From Centroscyllium fabricii (lineage: Eukaryota), in contig JBNRSN020000011.1 of NCBI GenBank assembly GCA_051313645.2, forward strand, positions 15,500,001 through 15,564,000: DNA of 64,000 nucleotides. Reading direction: 5' to 3'. Below are positions 1-12,169 of this stretch, piece after piece. The notes under the pieces were generated by a model. That model was not told where the DNA came from and ran no database searches. It was given only the letters and a program-made list of their open reading frames with translations. The translations under genes were made by a program, and so were the position numbers. Each line of letters begins with the position of its first letter. The first letter of the stretch is position 1.

Positions 1-165
1 CTTCACACACAGTAAACTGTCTCACTGACCCTTCACACATAGTAGCCTGGCTCACTGACACGTCGCACACAGTAATCTGTCTCACGGACTCGTCACACAC
101 AGTAACCAGTCTCACTGACTCTTTACACACAGTAACCTGTCTCACTGACCCTTCACACACAGTGC
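1..165. repeat. Minisatellite, ~29-bp unit (CACACAGTAACCTGTCTCACTGACCCTTC-like), ~5.5 copies, continues off the left edge
   Basis: Direct repetition of cacacagtaa..tgtctcactgac at about 29-bp period. Confidence 0.9.
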
Positions 166-269
166 CTGATTTGATTCCCTCCCTTTGCTGGGCTGCATAC
201 TCTGAAGGTACTCATCTGGCCTTACTCTCTGCAGGGTAGAGAGTTGAATAACCAGCTCAGGTCCCAACT

Positions 270-2510
270 GGTAACAAGTCCCCTGGTCCAGATGGCCTGC
301 ATCCCAGGGTCTTAGAAATTGGCTGCAGAGATAGTGCATGCATTGTTTGCAATGTACCAAAATTCCCTGGAATCTGGAGAGGTCCCAACGGATTGGAAAA
401 CCGCAAATGTAACGCCCCTATTTAAGAAAGGAGGGAGACAGAAAGCAGGAAGCTATAGACCAATTTGCCTAACCTCTGTCATTGGGAATATGCTGGAGTC
501 CTTCATTAAGGAAGCAGTAGCAGGGCATTTGGAAAATTTTAATGCAGTCAACAGAGTCAGCATGGTTTTATGAAAGGGAAATCGTTTAACAAACTTGCTG
601 GAATTCTTTGAGGAGGAAATGAGCAGGGTGGATAAAGGGAAGCCAGTAGATGTCATGTATTTGGATTTCCAGAAGGCATTCGATAAGGTGCCACATAAAA
701 GGTTACTGTGTAAGATAAGAGCTCACAGAATTGGGGGTAATACATTAGCATGGACAGAGAATTGGCTAACTAACAGAAAGCAGAGAGTCGAGATAAATAC
801 GTAATTTTCCGGTTGCCAAACGGTAGCTTGTGGGGTGCCACAGCGATCAGTGCTGGGGCCTCAACTATTTACAATCTACATTAATGACTTGGATGAAGGG
901 ACCGAGTGTAATGTAACCAAGTTTGCGGATGATACAAAGGTGGATATGAAAGCAAGTTGTGCAGAGGACTCAAAGAACCTGCAAAGGGATATAGACAGAC
1001 TAAGTGAGTGGGCAAATATTTGGCAGATGGAGTATAATGTGGGAAAGTGTGAGGTTATACACTTGGGCAGGAAAAATAAAAAAGCAAATTATTATTTAAA
1101 TGGAGAGAGATTACAAAATGCTACACTTCAGAGAGACCCGGCGATCCTTGTACATGAAACACAAAAAGTTATCATGCAGGTACAGCAAGTAATCAAAAAG
1201 GCAAATGGAATGTTGACCTTTATTTCAAAGGGTTTGGAGTATAAAAGCAGAAAAGTCCTGCTACAACTGTACAAGGTATTGTTGAGACCACACCTTGAGT
1301 ACTGCGTACAGTTTTGGTCTCCTTATTTAAGGAAGGATATATTTGCATTGGAGGCAGTTCAGAGACAATTCACTAGGTTAATTCCAGAGATGAGGGGGTT
1401 GACTTATGAGGAAAGGTTGAGGAGGCTGGGCCTATACTCATTGGAATTTAGAAGAATGAGAGGTGATCTTATTGAAACATAGAAGATACTGAGGGGGCTC
1501 AACAAGGTAGATGCAGAGAGGATGTTTCCCCTTGCAGGGAAATCTAGAACTCAATTTCAATTTTATCTGTCACATGTACTAAATACAACAAGTGTAATCT
1601 AGACAGTGAAATGCTTTTTTCACGGTTCGAACGCACCGCGCAACAAAGAACACTATGCTGCTCGACACGCCCGGAGCCCGTGAGATGGCAGCCGCCTCAC
1701 CAGCGCCATCAATCACAAGTCCCATTCTCGTACCGCTCCGGCCTCTCCTGCACGCAAAGTTCTTAAAGTCCTTTCTGTTGTTTCACTCACTGTCCTTCTT
1801 GCCGCATACGAAGACCTGGGCGTACGAAGACCTGGGCCTACCCTGGTCCGACACCATGCCGATGTTTTCCCTGTAGCTCGTCTCTCGATGTTTCCCTGTA
1901 GTTCCTCTCTCGATGTTTCCCTGTAGCTCCTCTCTCACCCTGTAGCTCCTTCGATGCTTCCCCGGGTTACCCGGGCCCACGCATCTCTCTCCACAGCCCG
2001 GGCCCACGCTTCTCTCTCCACAGCCCGGGCCCACGCATCTCTTTCTCCTCCCCGAGTCCTCCGGGCTCCCTGCTCGCTCCCGGCCATCTTCCCTCATCCT
2101 ACTGTCCACGCCGTGCTCCTCATGGACAACAGATGGCAGCCGATTCAACTTTACCTCGAGGAGGAGGTCTCCTCCATGGCGGCCGATGCAGCTGGAACCG
2201 GAACTCGAGGGAATAGTTTTAGAATAAAGGGTCGCCCTTTTAGAACTGAGATGAGGAGGAATTTCTTCTCTCAGAGTGTCGTAAATCTGTGGAATTCTCT
2301 GCCCCAGAGAGCTGTAGAGGCTGGGTGATTAAATATATTTAAGGTGGAGATCGACAGATTTTTACAAGATAAGGGAGTGAAGAGTTATGGGGAGCAGGCG
2401 GGGAAGTGGCTTTGAGCCCAAGGTCAGCCATTACCTTATTGAATGGTGGAGCAGGCTCGAGGGGCCAAGTTACCTATTCCTGCTCTTATTTCTTATGTTC
2501 TTATGTAATG
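270..2510 (+). mobile_element. 5'-truncated, decayed CR1-clade LINE (RT region plus 3' UTR), interrupted by a 648-bp insertion at 1553-2200
   Basis: Broken ORFs with CR1 RT motifs: WKTANVTPLFKKG, YRPICLTS, YLDFQKAFDKVPH, PQRSVLGPQLFTIYINDL, KFADDTK, RPHLEYCVQFWSP, RNFFSQSVVNLWNSLP. 3' tail ...cttatgttcttatg. Confidence 0.93.
1553..2200 (-). mobile_element. Non-coding, GC/CpG-rich retroposed insertion with a LINE-like 3' tail, nested in the CR1
   Basis: 6-bp TSD GAACTC at 1547-1552 and 2201-2206. The minus strand ends ...ACATGTGACAGATAAAATTGAAATT. Internal 15-, ~25- and 27-bp tandem repeats. Confidence 0.7.
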
Positions 2511-2629
2511 TTCAACTGCTGACTGTTGCCCATCCAGTCCTGCCTGGAAGTACACATGTGTGGATGCTGGATGAGAAGAGAATCGGGCCCAACATGGTTT
2601 CACTCCATGGTTGAATACCCTGCTGACAC

Positions 2630-3150
2630 TCACTGTCTGACACACTCATCCAAAACTCTACTGTCTGTATCCTAACTCGCACCAAGTCCCATTCACCCAT
2701 CATCCCTGTGCTCACTGATCTATACTGGCTCCCAGTCCAGCAATACCTCGATTTTAAAATTCTCGTTCTTGTGTTCATATCCCTCCATGACCTCGCCCCT
2801 TCCTATCTCTGTACACTCCTCCAGCCCTACAACCCTCTGTGATATCTGCACTGTTCCAATTCTGGCCTCTTGTGCGCATCCCCAATTTTCATCACTCCAC
2901 CATTGGTGGCTGTGCTTTCAGCTGCCGAGGCCCTAAGCTCTGGAATTCCCTCCCTAAATTTCCCTGCCACTCTCTCCTCCTTTAAGGCACACCTTTTAAA
3001 CCTACTTCTTTGACCAAGCTTTTGATCATCTGTCCCAATACCTTCTTATGTGGCTCGGTGTCAATTCTTGTTTGATAATCACTCCTGTAAAGTATCTTGG
3101 AACGTTTTACTACTTTAAAGATGCTACATAAATGCAAGTTGTTGTTGTTA
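2630..3150 (+). mobile_element. L2-clade LINE 3' fragment
   Basis: Decayed ORF2 C-terminus (IQNS..CILTRTKSHSPIIPVLTDLYWLPVQQYLDFKIL) and tail ...AAATGCAAGTTGTTGTTGTT. Confidence 0.8.
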
Positions 3151-4247
3151 TCTGGGCTCACACATGCAGAATGGCCCTTTGTCTAAGTTACAGGTGGGCT
3201 GCCTTCTCTATCAACCTCCACCCCACCTACAGACCCCCCTCCCCCGTCTTCCCCCCTGTGGGCTGTAGCCCACGAAGGGAGTCAGCAACTCCTGGAGAGT
3301 AGGCGAAGCAAGCGGAGAATAAATTAATGCTGAGTGTAAACCTGGATGGCTCAAAGGCCCTGACTACCCGCTGTCAGTCTACAGTGCAAACACTGCAGTC
3401 TATCAGCCACCCTTTCCACTCACCACTATTATCATTCGTCATTGGTCCAATACCCGAGGTAAATCGGGCTGCAACCACGGAGATTGTGATGGTCTCATTT
3501 TCACTGCCTCTTTCACATGACCCAGCATAACCGGGGAGATTTTAAATAATTTACAGAACACGCTTCCTATCTGCTGGTAGATAAATGCAACATTGGAACA
3601 TTGGACTGGTTACCAAGGCAGGTACCAGAAGCCTATAAAAAGAACTGATTATCACTCTGCCTGTTATGTAATAACACCCCCGCAACAAGTGGCCAATAAC
3701 ATTTCAGCATATCACACCCAAAAGCACAGCCCACCAGAGAGCTTGTTTCCACTGTTTATTTAGCTTTCATCTTTAAAACACTGACGATTATGAAAGGGAG
3801 AGAGGGGCTGGCAGGGAAACAGCTTCCAAGCGAAATATAGTGGGTTTTATCTTAATCTTCCTCAACTCCTTGAAAATGAACTTACACAAAGGAGCCTTTC
3901 AATCAAAACCAGTGCCATGCAGCAGATCTCTTTTGTTACAGTTATTACCTGTTTCTACGGCGATGGATTTCCGTGCTCCAACTATGAAAGTTGAAGCGTT
4001 GCCTATGACCTCCTAAGACCCCATTTGTAGCCCGCTGAATGCCCGACAAAAGAGTCAGAGGAGGTAATGACTGTAGATCATTGTTTTCAGGCAGGATTTT
4101 TCCGACCTCCTGGTCCTTGTGGAGCCGGGGAGTGTACAGTATATTTGCACTACTTTCTAAATTATATTTTGTCCATGGAGGAGTTGTGGGGGGGGGGGGG
4201 GGGGGAGTAAAGATATGGGGGTGGGGGAGGGATGGGGGGCGGTGGCT

Positions 4248-5370
4248 GGGTTGCCAAACCTCTAGGATTCTCCTGGAGTCTCCAGGAATAAAAGATTGAT
4301 CTCCAGGACATTGCTGCAAGTGACCCGGGAAGAGATGTCACAGGGGAATGAAAAAGAATGTGTGTGTATTTTTTTCATTTTCTTTAAACACTTTGGGGGC
4401 GAAATTCGGCATGTTAGCGCCCCCAGTTCGTGCCTGGCAGGGCTGCTAATGGGGCGCTCAAGCAGTAGCGCTGCAGTGGAGCAAATCCTGCACCGCACGG
4501 CAAATTCTCCGGCCCCGTAGCGCCAGCGATAACAGTTCGCGCCTCGGCACCTTTTGCCATGCTGTTCGTGACATCAGCAAGTGTGCAACGCTTGCTGGGC
4601 GCCTGATCTGCAAACTTCAGATGCACCCACTGCCTTACCACCTCACGCCGACAGCACCAGGGAGTGCAGGCGTGAACCAACCGCTGGCGGATGTTACTTA
4701 AAGGGATGCGCCCTAGTTGCCAAGGAGCTTCCGTTCCAAAGGTCAGAGATGAGTGCCAGAGAGCGCAGGATGTATCTGCAGCCAAATAAAGTCTGCTTAG
4801 TCCCCGGAGTGTTGCAGGCCGTCAAAAGACTCTGCATTTCATCCCACAGCGTATCGTCGTTCTGCACGCCCCCGAATCATTGGGGGCTGGTGTGCAGAGT
4901 CCAGTGACCCACCCCGTTAATGGCTGCAAGGCGCCTTCGCCAATGCTCACTCCCGATTACACAACACCTGATACTCGGTATCACTTGGAGCCTAATGCTA
5001 CTCACCTTCACCATTAGTGCCTGATTTAGCACTCCCCTGCATTCTGTGAGCACTGAGACTAAATTTAGTGGGCAGTGAGATTGATTAGCACCTGGTGTTA
5101 AACTTCCAACTTCTCAAATCTTAGTGTCCCTTCCTGGACGTGACTGAATTTCTCCCCCTTTAACTTATTAGTTATCAGAATATTGGGTATAAGGGAAAAC
5201 GCTGTTAGACTGACAGTCAAGAATCGTCCAATCACTAACGAGGAGTCTCTTCACTTTCCAGTTGCCGTGGGAAGGCGATGAGCCTCGAGGGGTACCCAAT
5301 GACGGGATAGTGGGGGAGGGACGGTCAGGTGAAGAAACCTCCCAGAGGTAACAAGGTGTCCGGTCTCTGA
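4248..5370 (-). mobile_element. Decayed hAT-type MITE (GGGTTGCCA terminus), interrupted by a Harbinger-type MITE
   Basis: 4248-4310 is the reverse complement of 7410-7482. 5205-5275 matches 6637-6710 of the related copy. Confidence 0.6.
4395..5158. mobile_element. PIF/Harbinger-type MITE
   Basis: TIR GGGGGCGAAATTC ... GAATTTCTCCCCC; 3-bp TSD TTT. Confidence 0.8.
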
Positions 5371-5731
5371 TATGGGACTGGCTGGCATGGTGAGTAAGAA
5401 AGCTGCTCTTTCACTCCTGCATTATGAGTTTGCACTTAGTAAGACAGAACAAAGATCTCCTCTCTCTGATAAGAATACATTACCATTTAGCAACTGGAAA
5501 AGCAGGCCGTGCCTTTCTGATAGATCGCTGTCACATATCTCACCGTATCCCTCATCCCCTTCTCTCTCTAGAAACACTTACAGTTACCACTTGAACCCAT
5601 TTGCACTCTGATGGCAGATTGGCAGGCAGTGTCAGTTAGGGAATGACCTTTCACTTCTGCAACCCAGATTGGATCCAGCTGGGTTGAGAGAAAGTTATAA
5701 GAGTATCAGGTAATATCGTATGTGACAGTTC

Positions 5732-6320
5732 CAGGGCCGGCCTTACAGGTGGGCGACATGGGCGACTGCCCAGGGCACCGTGGTCAGGGAAACGCCATGG
5801 TCACAAGGGTCTGATGTTAATGGTGGCGATCTCTGTGAAAAACCTGGCTATCTCCAAAGTCTGCTTCCAATGGACTGTCGTGCTCCTCAAGAAGAGCAAA
5901 CTTCAAGTTTCAAGAGCAAAGTTCCCAAACACATGGATAGCACTCAGGATCCTGTTAACTATGCCCGTATCGGTGGCGAGCAGTGAACAAAGCTTCTCGA
6001 AGTTGAAGCTCATAAAAACATATTTGCGATCGACCATGGGAGACGACAGGTTATCTCCATTGGCCATTCCATCGAGAATGATGTAGCTCAAAATATCTTG
6101 AACAAAGTTTTTTATTTGTTATTTATTAGTTTTGTGTTTAATTTAATGTTTAGTATATTTGTCACTTAGCTATAATGTTATTTTTTACGATTTATATCAT
6201 TTATTATTTAAATTATAAAAAACTTAGGAGATTTCAGCTTTATTTCTGAAACTTTCGCTAATACTACTACATTCTTAAACTCAAAGAATGGGCGCCAAAA
6301 TACAAGTTCACCCAGTACTG
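5732..6320 (+). mobile_element. Internally deleted hAT transposon retaining the C-terminal dimerisation-domain coding fragment
   Basis: Begins CAGGGCCGGC (hAT-type end). ORF 5814-6086 contains FPNTWIALRILLTMPVSVASSEQSFSKLKLIKTYLRSTMGDDRLSPLAI, the hATC motif. The right end is not resolved. Confidence 0.85.
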
Positions 6321-6488
6321 TCCTTTCACCTAGAGGGTTTCAATACAGACCTAGTGAAAACAAACCTCCCGCTTCTGTTGGGAGTTGAATGTGGTGTTGT
6401 GGGTTCTTTCAATCATACTCTGAAACATGCTGCAACAAATGGGTGAGTTTTTAGTAACACAAAAAAGGACTTCCTGCTACACATACAG

Positions 6489-7482
6489 TAGGGTTGCCAA
6501 TTCTGATTGGATGTATTCCTGAAGGTTTCATCACATGACCTCCTGACTGCAACTGCCCCGCTGCCACATCCCTGCCATTGGTCGCCCAACACGCCCATCC
6601 TTGCAATGCCCCACCTTCCCATGCCCATTGGAAACAAGGAGTCTCTTCATTTTCCAGTTGCCGTGGGAAGGTGATTACCCAATTAGATGATTCTTGACTG
6701 TCAGTCAAACAACCTCCCCCCCCCCCCCCCCCGCCACACACCGTTACCAATACCTCTATCACTGTGTGCAGTTTTGGTCGCCTCATCTGAGGAAGGATGT
6801 TCTTGCCATGGAAGGAGTGCAGCGGCGATTCACCAGGCTGATACCAGGAATGGCAGGAATGACCTATGAGGAGAGACTATGTAGTTTGGGGATGTACACA
6901 CTGGAGTTTAGAAGATTGAGAGGGGATCTCATAGAAACATATAAAATTCTGACAGGCCTGGACAGACTAGATGCAGAAGGAATGTTTCCGATGGCAGGAG
7001 AGTATAGAACTAGGGGACACAGTTTAAGGATAAGGGCTAAACCATTTAGGACAGAGATGAGGAGGAATTTCTTCACCCAGAGAGTGGTGAACCTGTGGAA
7101 CTCACTGCCACAGAGGGCAGTGGACGCCAGCTCATTAAACATATTTAAGAGGGAATTAGATATATTTCTGCAGGCAAAAGGGGTTAAAGGTTACGGAGAG
7201 AAGGCAGGGACGGGATACTGAACTGAAGGATCAGCCATGATCTCATTGAATGGCGGAGCAGGCTCGAAGGGCCGAATGGCCTACTCCTGCTCCTATCATC
7301 TATGTATCTATGTATCTATGTATCACCAATATCACCATGATCTCTATAACAAATACACAGAACTGTTCACTGAAAATGAAAGAAAACACCATTTCTTTTA
7401 ATGCCCCTATGATCTTCAAGGCCTGGAAAATCTATGCCATTCCTGGAGACTCCAGGACAATCCTGGAGGGTTGGCAACCCTA
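6489..7482. mobile_element. hAT-type MITE containing a CR1 3' fragment
   Basis: TIR TAGGGTTGCCAA ... TTGGCAACCCTA. Degenerate 8-bp TSD ACATACAG / CTATACAG once the adjacent TA-targeted MITE is removed. Confidence 0.75.
6760..7322 (+). mobile_element. CR1 LINE 3' fragment with an open ORF2 C-terminus
   Basis: CVQFWSPHLRKDVLAMEGVQRRFTRLIPGM...RNFFTQRVVNLWNSLP...GYGEKAGTGY*; tail (TATGTATC)n. Confidence 0.92.
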
Positions 7483-7485
7483 CTA

Positions 7486-8213
7486 CAGGTGGAACTTCAT
7501 TGATCCGGCAGGGTCGGGACCAGGCCTGTGCCGGAATACTGAAAAAAATGAACGAATGAAGGTGTCCCGAGAGCATGCGCGGACCATTCAAAATGGCCAC
7601 GCGCATGCGCAGAACATTCAAAATGGCTGCAGCACGCGCAGACCAGTGCAGGTGGCCGCAGCGCGTGGGTGGAGACAGAGCACGGGGCGATTTCCGGGTG
7701 GAGCAGTACAACTCCCCGTGACTCGCGGGTGGAACAGAGCAGAGTACGGGGCGGGGGGGGGCACGCTGCAAGATGGAGCTGTGTAGCTCGCCGGTAAAGA
7801 AGTCTGTGAGGCCTCAGTGGATTGGAGCACTCGATGGGGACACACCCCAGAAGGTCAGGCATGGTTGTGGACATGCCCCAGAAGGTCGGGTGCTGCTGAA
7901 GCCACGCCGTCGGGACACGCCCCGGAAGTTCAGGTGCGGCTGAAGCCACGCCGTCGGGACCAGTGCGCATTCGGGAAAGGCCCCAGGAGGGAGCCCGGTC
8001 CAACACTTCATGGGGCCTGAGCTTCATGTCAGGTACGGGGGGGGTTTTGTAAAGCGCAGGAAGCGTCGAAGAGCGCCGCTGCGCATGCGCTAGCCAGTCG
8101 GGGATTGCGGACGGTGAGGAGCACCACTGCGCATGCGCCGACCACTCGGGCTATCTGTGCCGGACGTCTGAAGCTGCCGGTTTTTCGGGTGCCGGATCAA
8201 CGAAGTTCAACTG
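7486..8213. mobile_element. Tc1/mariner (pogo/Tigger-like) MITE, CpG-rich
   Basis: TIR CAG(G)TGGAACTTCATTGATCCGGCA vs TGCCGGATCAACGAAGTTCAACTG; TA on both flanks. Confidence 0.85.
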
Positions 8214-10274
8214 TATACAGTTCCGTGCTTGTCGGATCCTAACTCCCTACTGGAAGCGGTAACCCTTCTACTTTTTGTGACCCACGAGCCAACATATTGT
8301 ACGTGCATAGTCTGCACTGAAGAACCCAAGAGAAAAGTGTCTCCTTCACAAAACTGCCCTTAGAATTTTCAGCAAAAATATACTGAATTGCAGATTTCTT
8401 TGTCAAGTACTTTTATTTCTGGCGAGCTTTAAAAGCACATGTTAAATGTACCCTTTGTGAAACCTGACCAGGGTAGAGCAAGCTACTGTGTGCTTAAAGA
8501 CCTTCATCCCCTCTGGGTCAAAAGTCAGACCTGGATTCAAGCCAAGGTCCCAGAGTGTCGGGTGCATTTCAATTAAATTCTTTAAAATCTCATTTCTCCT
8601 TCCTTTCTTCAATGCAGAGTAAGTGTTGTATAATGAACGGTAAATATATATTCAAAAGCAGGCTTTCCAGCACTTCCCCTCACCGCCGCCCCCCGCCCCA
8701 AAAAAACGAAAGAGCATTTTGTTCCCCAAAGTTATTTACGAATTGGTTTTCGTCAGAACAATATTTGCTTGTTTACAGATTCTCAGGTGGATTTGTGCAG
8801 TGTTTTTTGGAGAGCCTGGACAATAGGTGCATTGTGGAGAGCGAAACGTGAGGCCTGACTTGCTCGCTGGAGCTCAGCTGTGTGCCACAGACTTTGGAAA
8901 GACAATATGGCCTGCTTAAACAAGCCTGCATGGCTCAAATGACACCGCCGCTCGTTACTTTTTAATGCCGCTGCTCGGCAGGGTTGTGGCTCTTGTGTGC
9001 GGAGTGCATTGTCTGGTGAAAGCAGGTTCTGTGTCACCTGTTCCGCAGGCCTGCGGAGGGAGCAGGGGGGTCTGTGTTTACAAACACACACTGTGTGTAA
9101 GACCCCAGTCACTGACACCACAGTGCCTTTTCTTGATTTCACTGACAGACTGATTGAAGACAATGTAAGCTTTGCAATAAATCACTTTTTAATAGATTTA
9201 GTAGTTTCGCACAAGGTTCTGTCTGTTCAAGATGATATTGTGTTGGGGGTGACCTTTTGTTTTGTCTTTTGTTATGGGTGAGGGTTTATCCTCCTCCCTG
9301 GTCCTTCATGATCACTCGCCACTATTTGTGGGCAAGTGGGTGATTCACTCTCCAGAACCCCCCCCCACTAGTCCCTCTCTTTATATTGGCCATTGGAGGG
9401 TGCATGAGAGGCCCAGGAATGACTTTCCTTCTGACCATTCCTTCCTTCCCTCTCTCTTTGTTGGGAGGCTGCTGGTTTCCGTTCATGGTAGTAAGACTGA
9501 GATCAGGAATTTGTGGATGGATGTCAGGCATGAACCATTTACCCAATACTCTGTGATGCCGTACATTTGTACATTAACAGGAGGCCACAGCAAAATACTC
9601 TTACATTACAACAGTGACTACACTTCAAAAGTACTTAATTGGCTGTCAAGTGCTTTGGGATGTCCTGAGATTGCGAAAGGCGCTGTGTAAATGCAAGTTT
9701 GTTATTTCCTTCTCTCTACATCTCGGAGTCTCACCCGGTAGCATTTGCTTCTTTTATCGGCTCAACATGGACACACAACTAATGAGCATAACTAGCCCAA
9801 CTCCTCGTCTCCCCCTCTGCTCCCCATCCTCACACACACACGCACACATTTTCTCTATTTCTCAATGGAATGTTACTAATACTATTCCATGAATACAAAA
9901 TTTAGCTGGGTGAGGAGTCCAACTCCCATGTGACTTCGTCACAGAGTAGGAATGATCCCATTGGTATCTTAGATGGGGCAGAATTGGATTATTTGAGTCT
10001 GAGTATCAACTTATGTCAAGACTCATAGTTTTGAGCATCTTCCTGACTCCTACGTCCTATAAGTACCTCCAACATCTTCTATCCTATAAGGGCATATCTG
10101 ATGAAAGCAACATTTTTACCCCCAGCCTTCAATAGGTTATTCAAGCATTCATTACTCATTTGCTTCTCTGATGTTCCATTGATTGTGTCAAATCAATCTA
10201 CCCTGTTTGTACCAAGTATGATTTTGGATATACTTGTTCCATAATGGTACCTTTCTGTGGCGTAATTTCTAGCA

Positions 10275-10560
10275 CTGTTTAGGTGGACATGAAAGATCCC
10301 ACGGCACTATTTGAAGAAGAGCAGGAGAGTTTTCCTGTGGTCCTGGCCAACATTGTTCTCTGAACCATCACCACCAAAACAGATTAATTGGCCATTTATC
10401 TCATTACCAATTGCGGGACCTTGTTGTGCACAAATTGGCAACCATTGACTACATAGCAACAGTAACTACACTTTAAAAAAAAAAAAAAAAATTGGCTGCG
10501 AAGCATTGAGAGAGCCTGTGGATGTGAAAGGTGTTAAATAAATATATGTCTTCCTTTCTT
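10275..10560 (+). mobile_element. Deu-domain SINE (SacSINE1-like), 3' half
   Basis: aggtggacatgaaagatcccacggcactatttgaagaagagcagg... matches the other copies in the window. Confidence 0.75.
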
Positions 10561-10623
10561 TTCAGTGCTGGACACTGTGCTCTTATCAAAATAAAACTTT
10601 TGCCTGAGCTTTTGACACTCTTT

Positions 10624-11461
10624 GGGGGGGGATTTTCCTCGGTCCGTGGGGGCGCTGATCCGGCGGGGCGGGGCCTAAAACTGCGGAACCGGAGGCCCGG
10701 GACCCCCCCGCCCCGCCGAGGTCACGACCGCCCCCCCCCCCCCCCCCCCCCGCCGGATCCCCGCCGGCTTGTAAGTTTCGGGCGGCATGTCCCGCCGTCC
10801 CAAAACTTTCCCGCCCGCTGCCGGCGGAGATGCTCGTTAAAGTAATTGAGGGCCCTTAATTGGTCTGCATAATGCCATTTTAAATGCCCTCACCTATTTT
10901 ACACCCCTTCCCACACAAACCCCGCCATCCTGAAACCCCGCTGGTGAAACCCAGCGGGAGCACAGTGACCTTGGTCACTTTCTCCTTCAAGGTATTGAAG
11001 GACCTAGAGCAGAATGCTTTCCAGGCCTTCAATACCCTGGAAGTGTAAGTGACTCCCTTGGGTGAAGACCAGCTGTGGAAAAAAACCTTAAAAATCTTAC
11101 CTTGCCAGCTCCATTGACAGACGCTCCCTAGCTCTCAAAGATTTTCAGCCCGCCCGTCCACCTGTCAGTCAAAGCACTTGGCATTTCCGATTGGTTGCGC
11201 TCCACTGTGATGTCACAGTAGAGTGTTTCCATGGGAACTGTCAACAAACAGTCCCTGGAACTGTCTGTCAAGCTGCTCAATCCCCGTTGGAGCTCCCTGA
11301 TTGTCAACTCGATTGAGGCAATTACCAGGGGCTCCCCTTACGCGGGGATTTAATTGATTAATTTAAGGAAACTTTCGTCGGGTTTCCAGGCCCTTGGGCG
11401 GGCAGGACAGAAACCCGACCAATCCCCACCAGCTTCCCGCATCTCCGGGAAAATCCCCCCC
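10624..11461. mobile_element. Harbinger-type MITE with internal inverted symmetry
   Basis: TIR GGGGGGGATTTTCC ... GGAAAATCCCCCCC. The interior resembles 12800-13317 (opposite orientation) and 32450-33186. Confidence 0.75.
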
Positions 11462-12169
11462 AAAATCTCTGAATGGCCTATTTACAGTCATTTTCCTTCA
11501 TAGGCAGATTGACTCTTATTCTCCTGCCCATGAATAGTTTCACTGACAAAACCTCCAATAGGGCCTCCATAATATCTCATTCCCACTGTCCCATGACTTT
11601 ATTTATCAGATTCTTTGCAATCGGCATGAGTCCATTCAAAATGAATGAAATCCTGTTATTTGGCAAACTTAACTATTTTCCGGTACCCTGGAACATCTGG
11701 GGAGCAACCTTATTTTACTTGTGGCCATTCCTCCATTACTGCTTCTCTGAGAGTCTCAAAGGCCTCATCCTTTTTATTGTCTCAGTTCTGATTGACTTCA
11801 TCTTCAAGCCAGATACTGGCACAGCCAAAATAACCGTGACAATGTAAACTTGACTCCACTCACGCCTTTGCATTCTGTTCCACTGCTGTCGACTGTGCAT
11901 TAGCAGTGTACAGAAATTTGCCTAGTTGTATAGGACATCTTTAGGTCATACCCTTGGAGCCTGATCATCACTCTTTGGGGTTGATTTTCCTCAAGGGTTG
12001 GTGAATTGGTGGGTTCCGCGCTGATCACTTTTTGTTCCTGCTTTCTGAAGGGTGTGGGAGCCCCAAGCAATTTTGGTTCAATTGGCCAATTAAATTCCAG
12101 ATTGTGGGAAGTCCCTGTCAATTGATTGATTTTAGATAGAAAGCTGGCAGGCTTCCCAATGTGTAAGCA

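Noticed and set aside
7250-8027. Several 130-180-aa ORFs on both strands
   Set aside because: They cross unrelated TE boundaries in GC-rich MITE sequence and have no protein motifs
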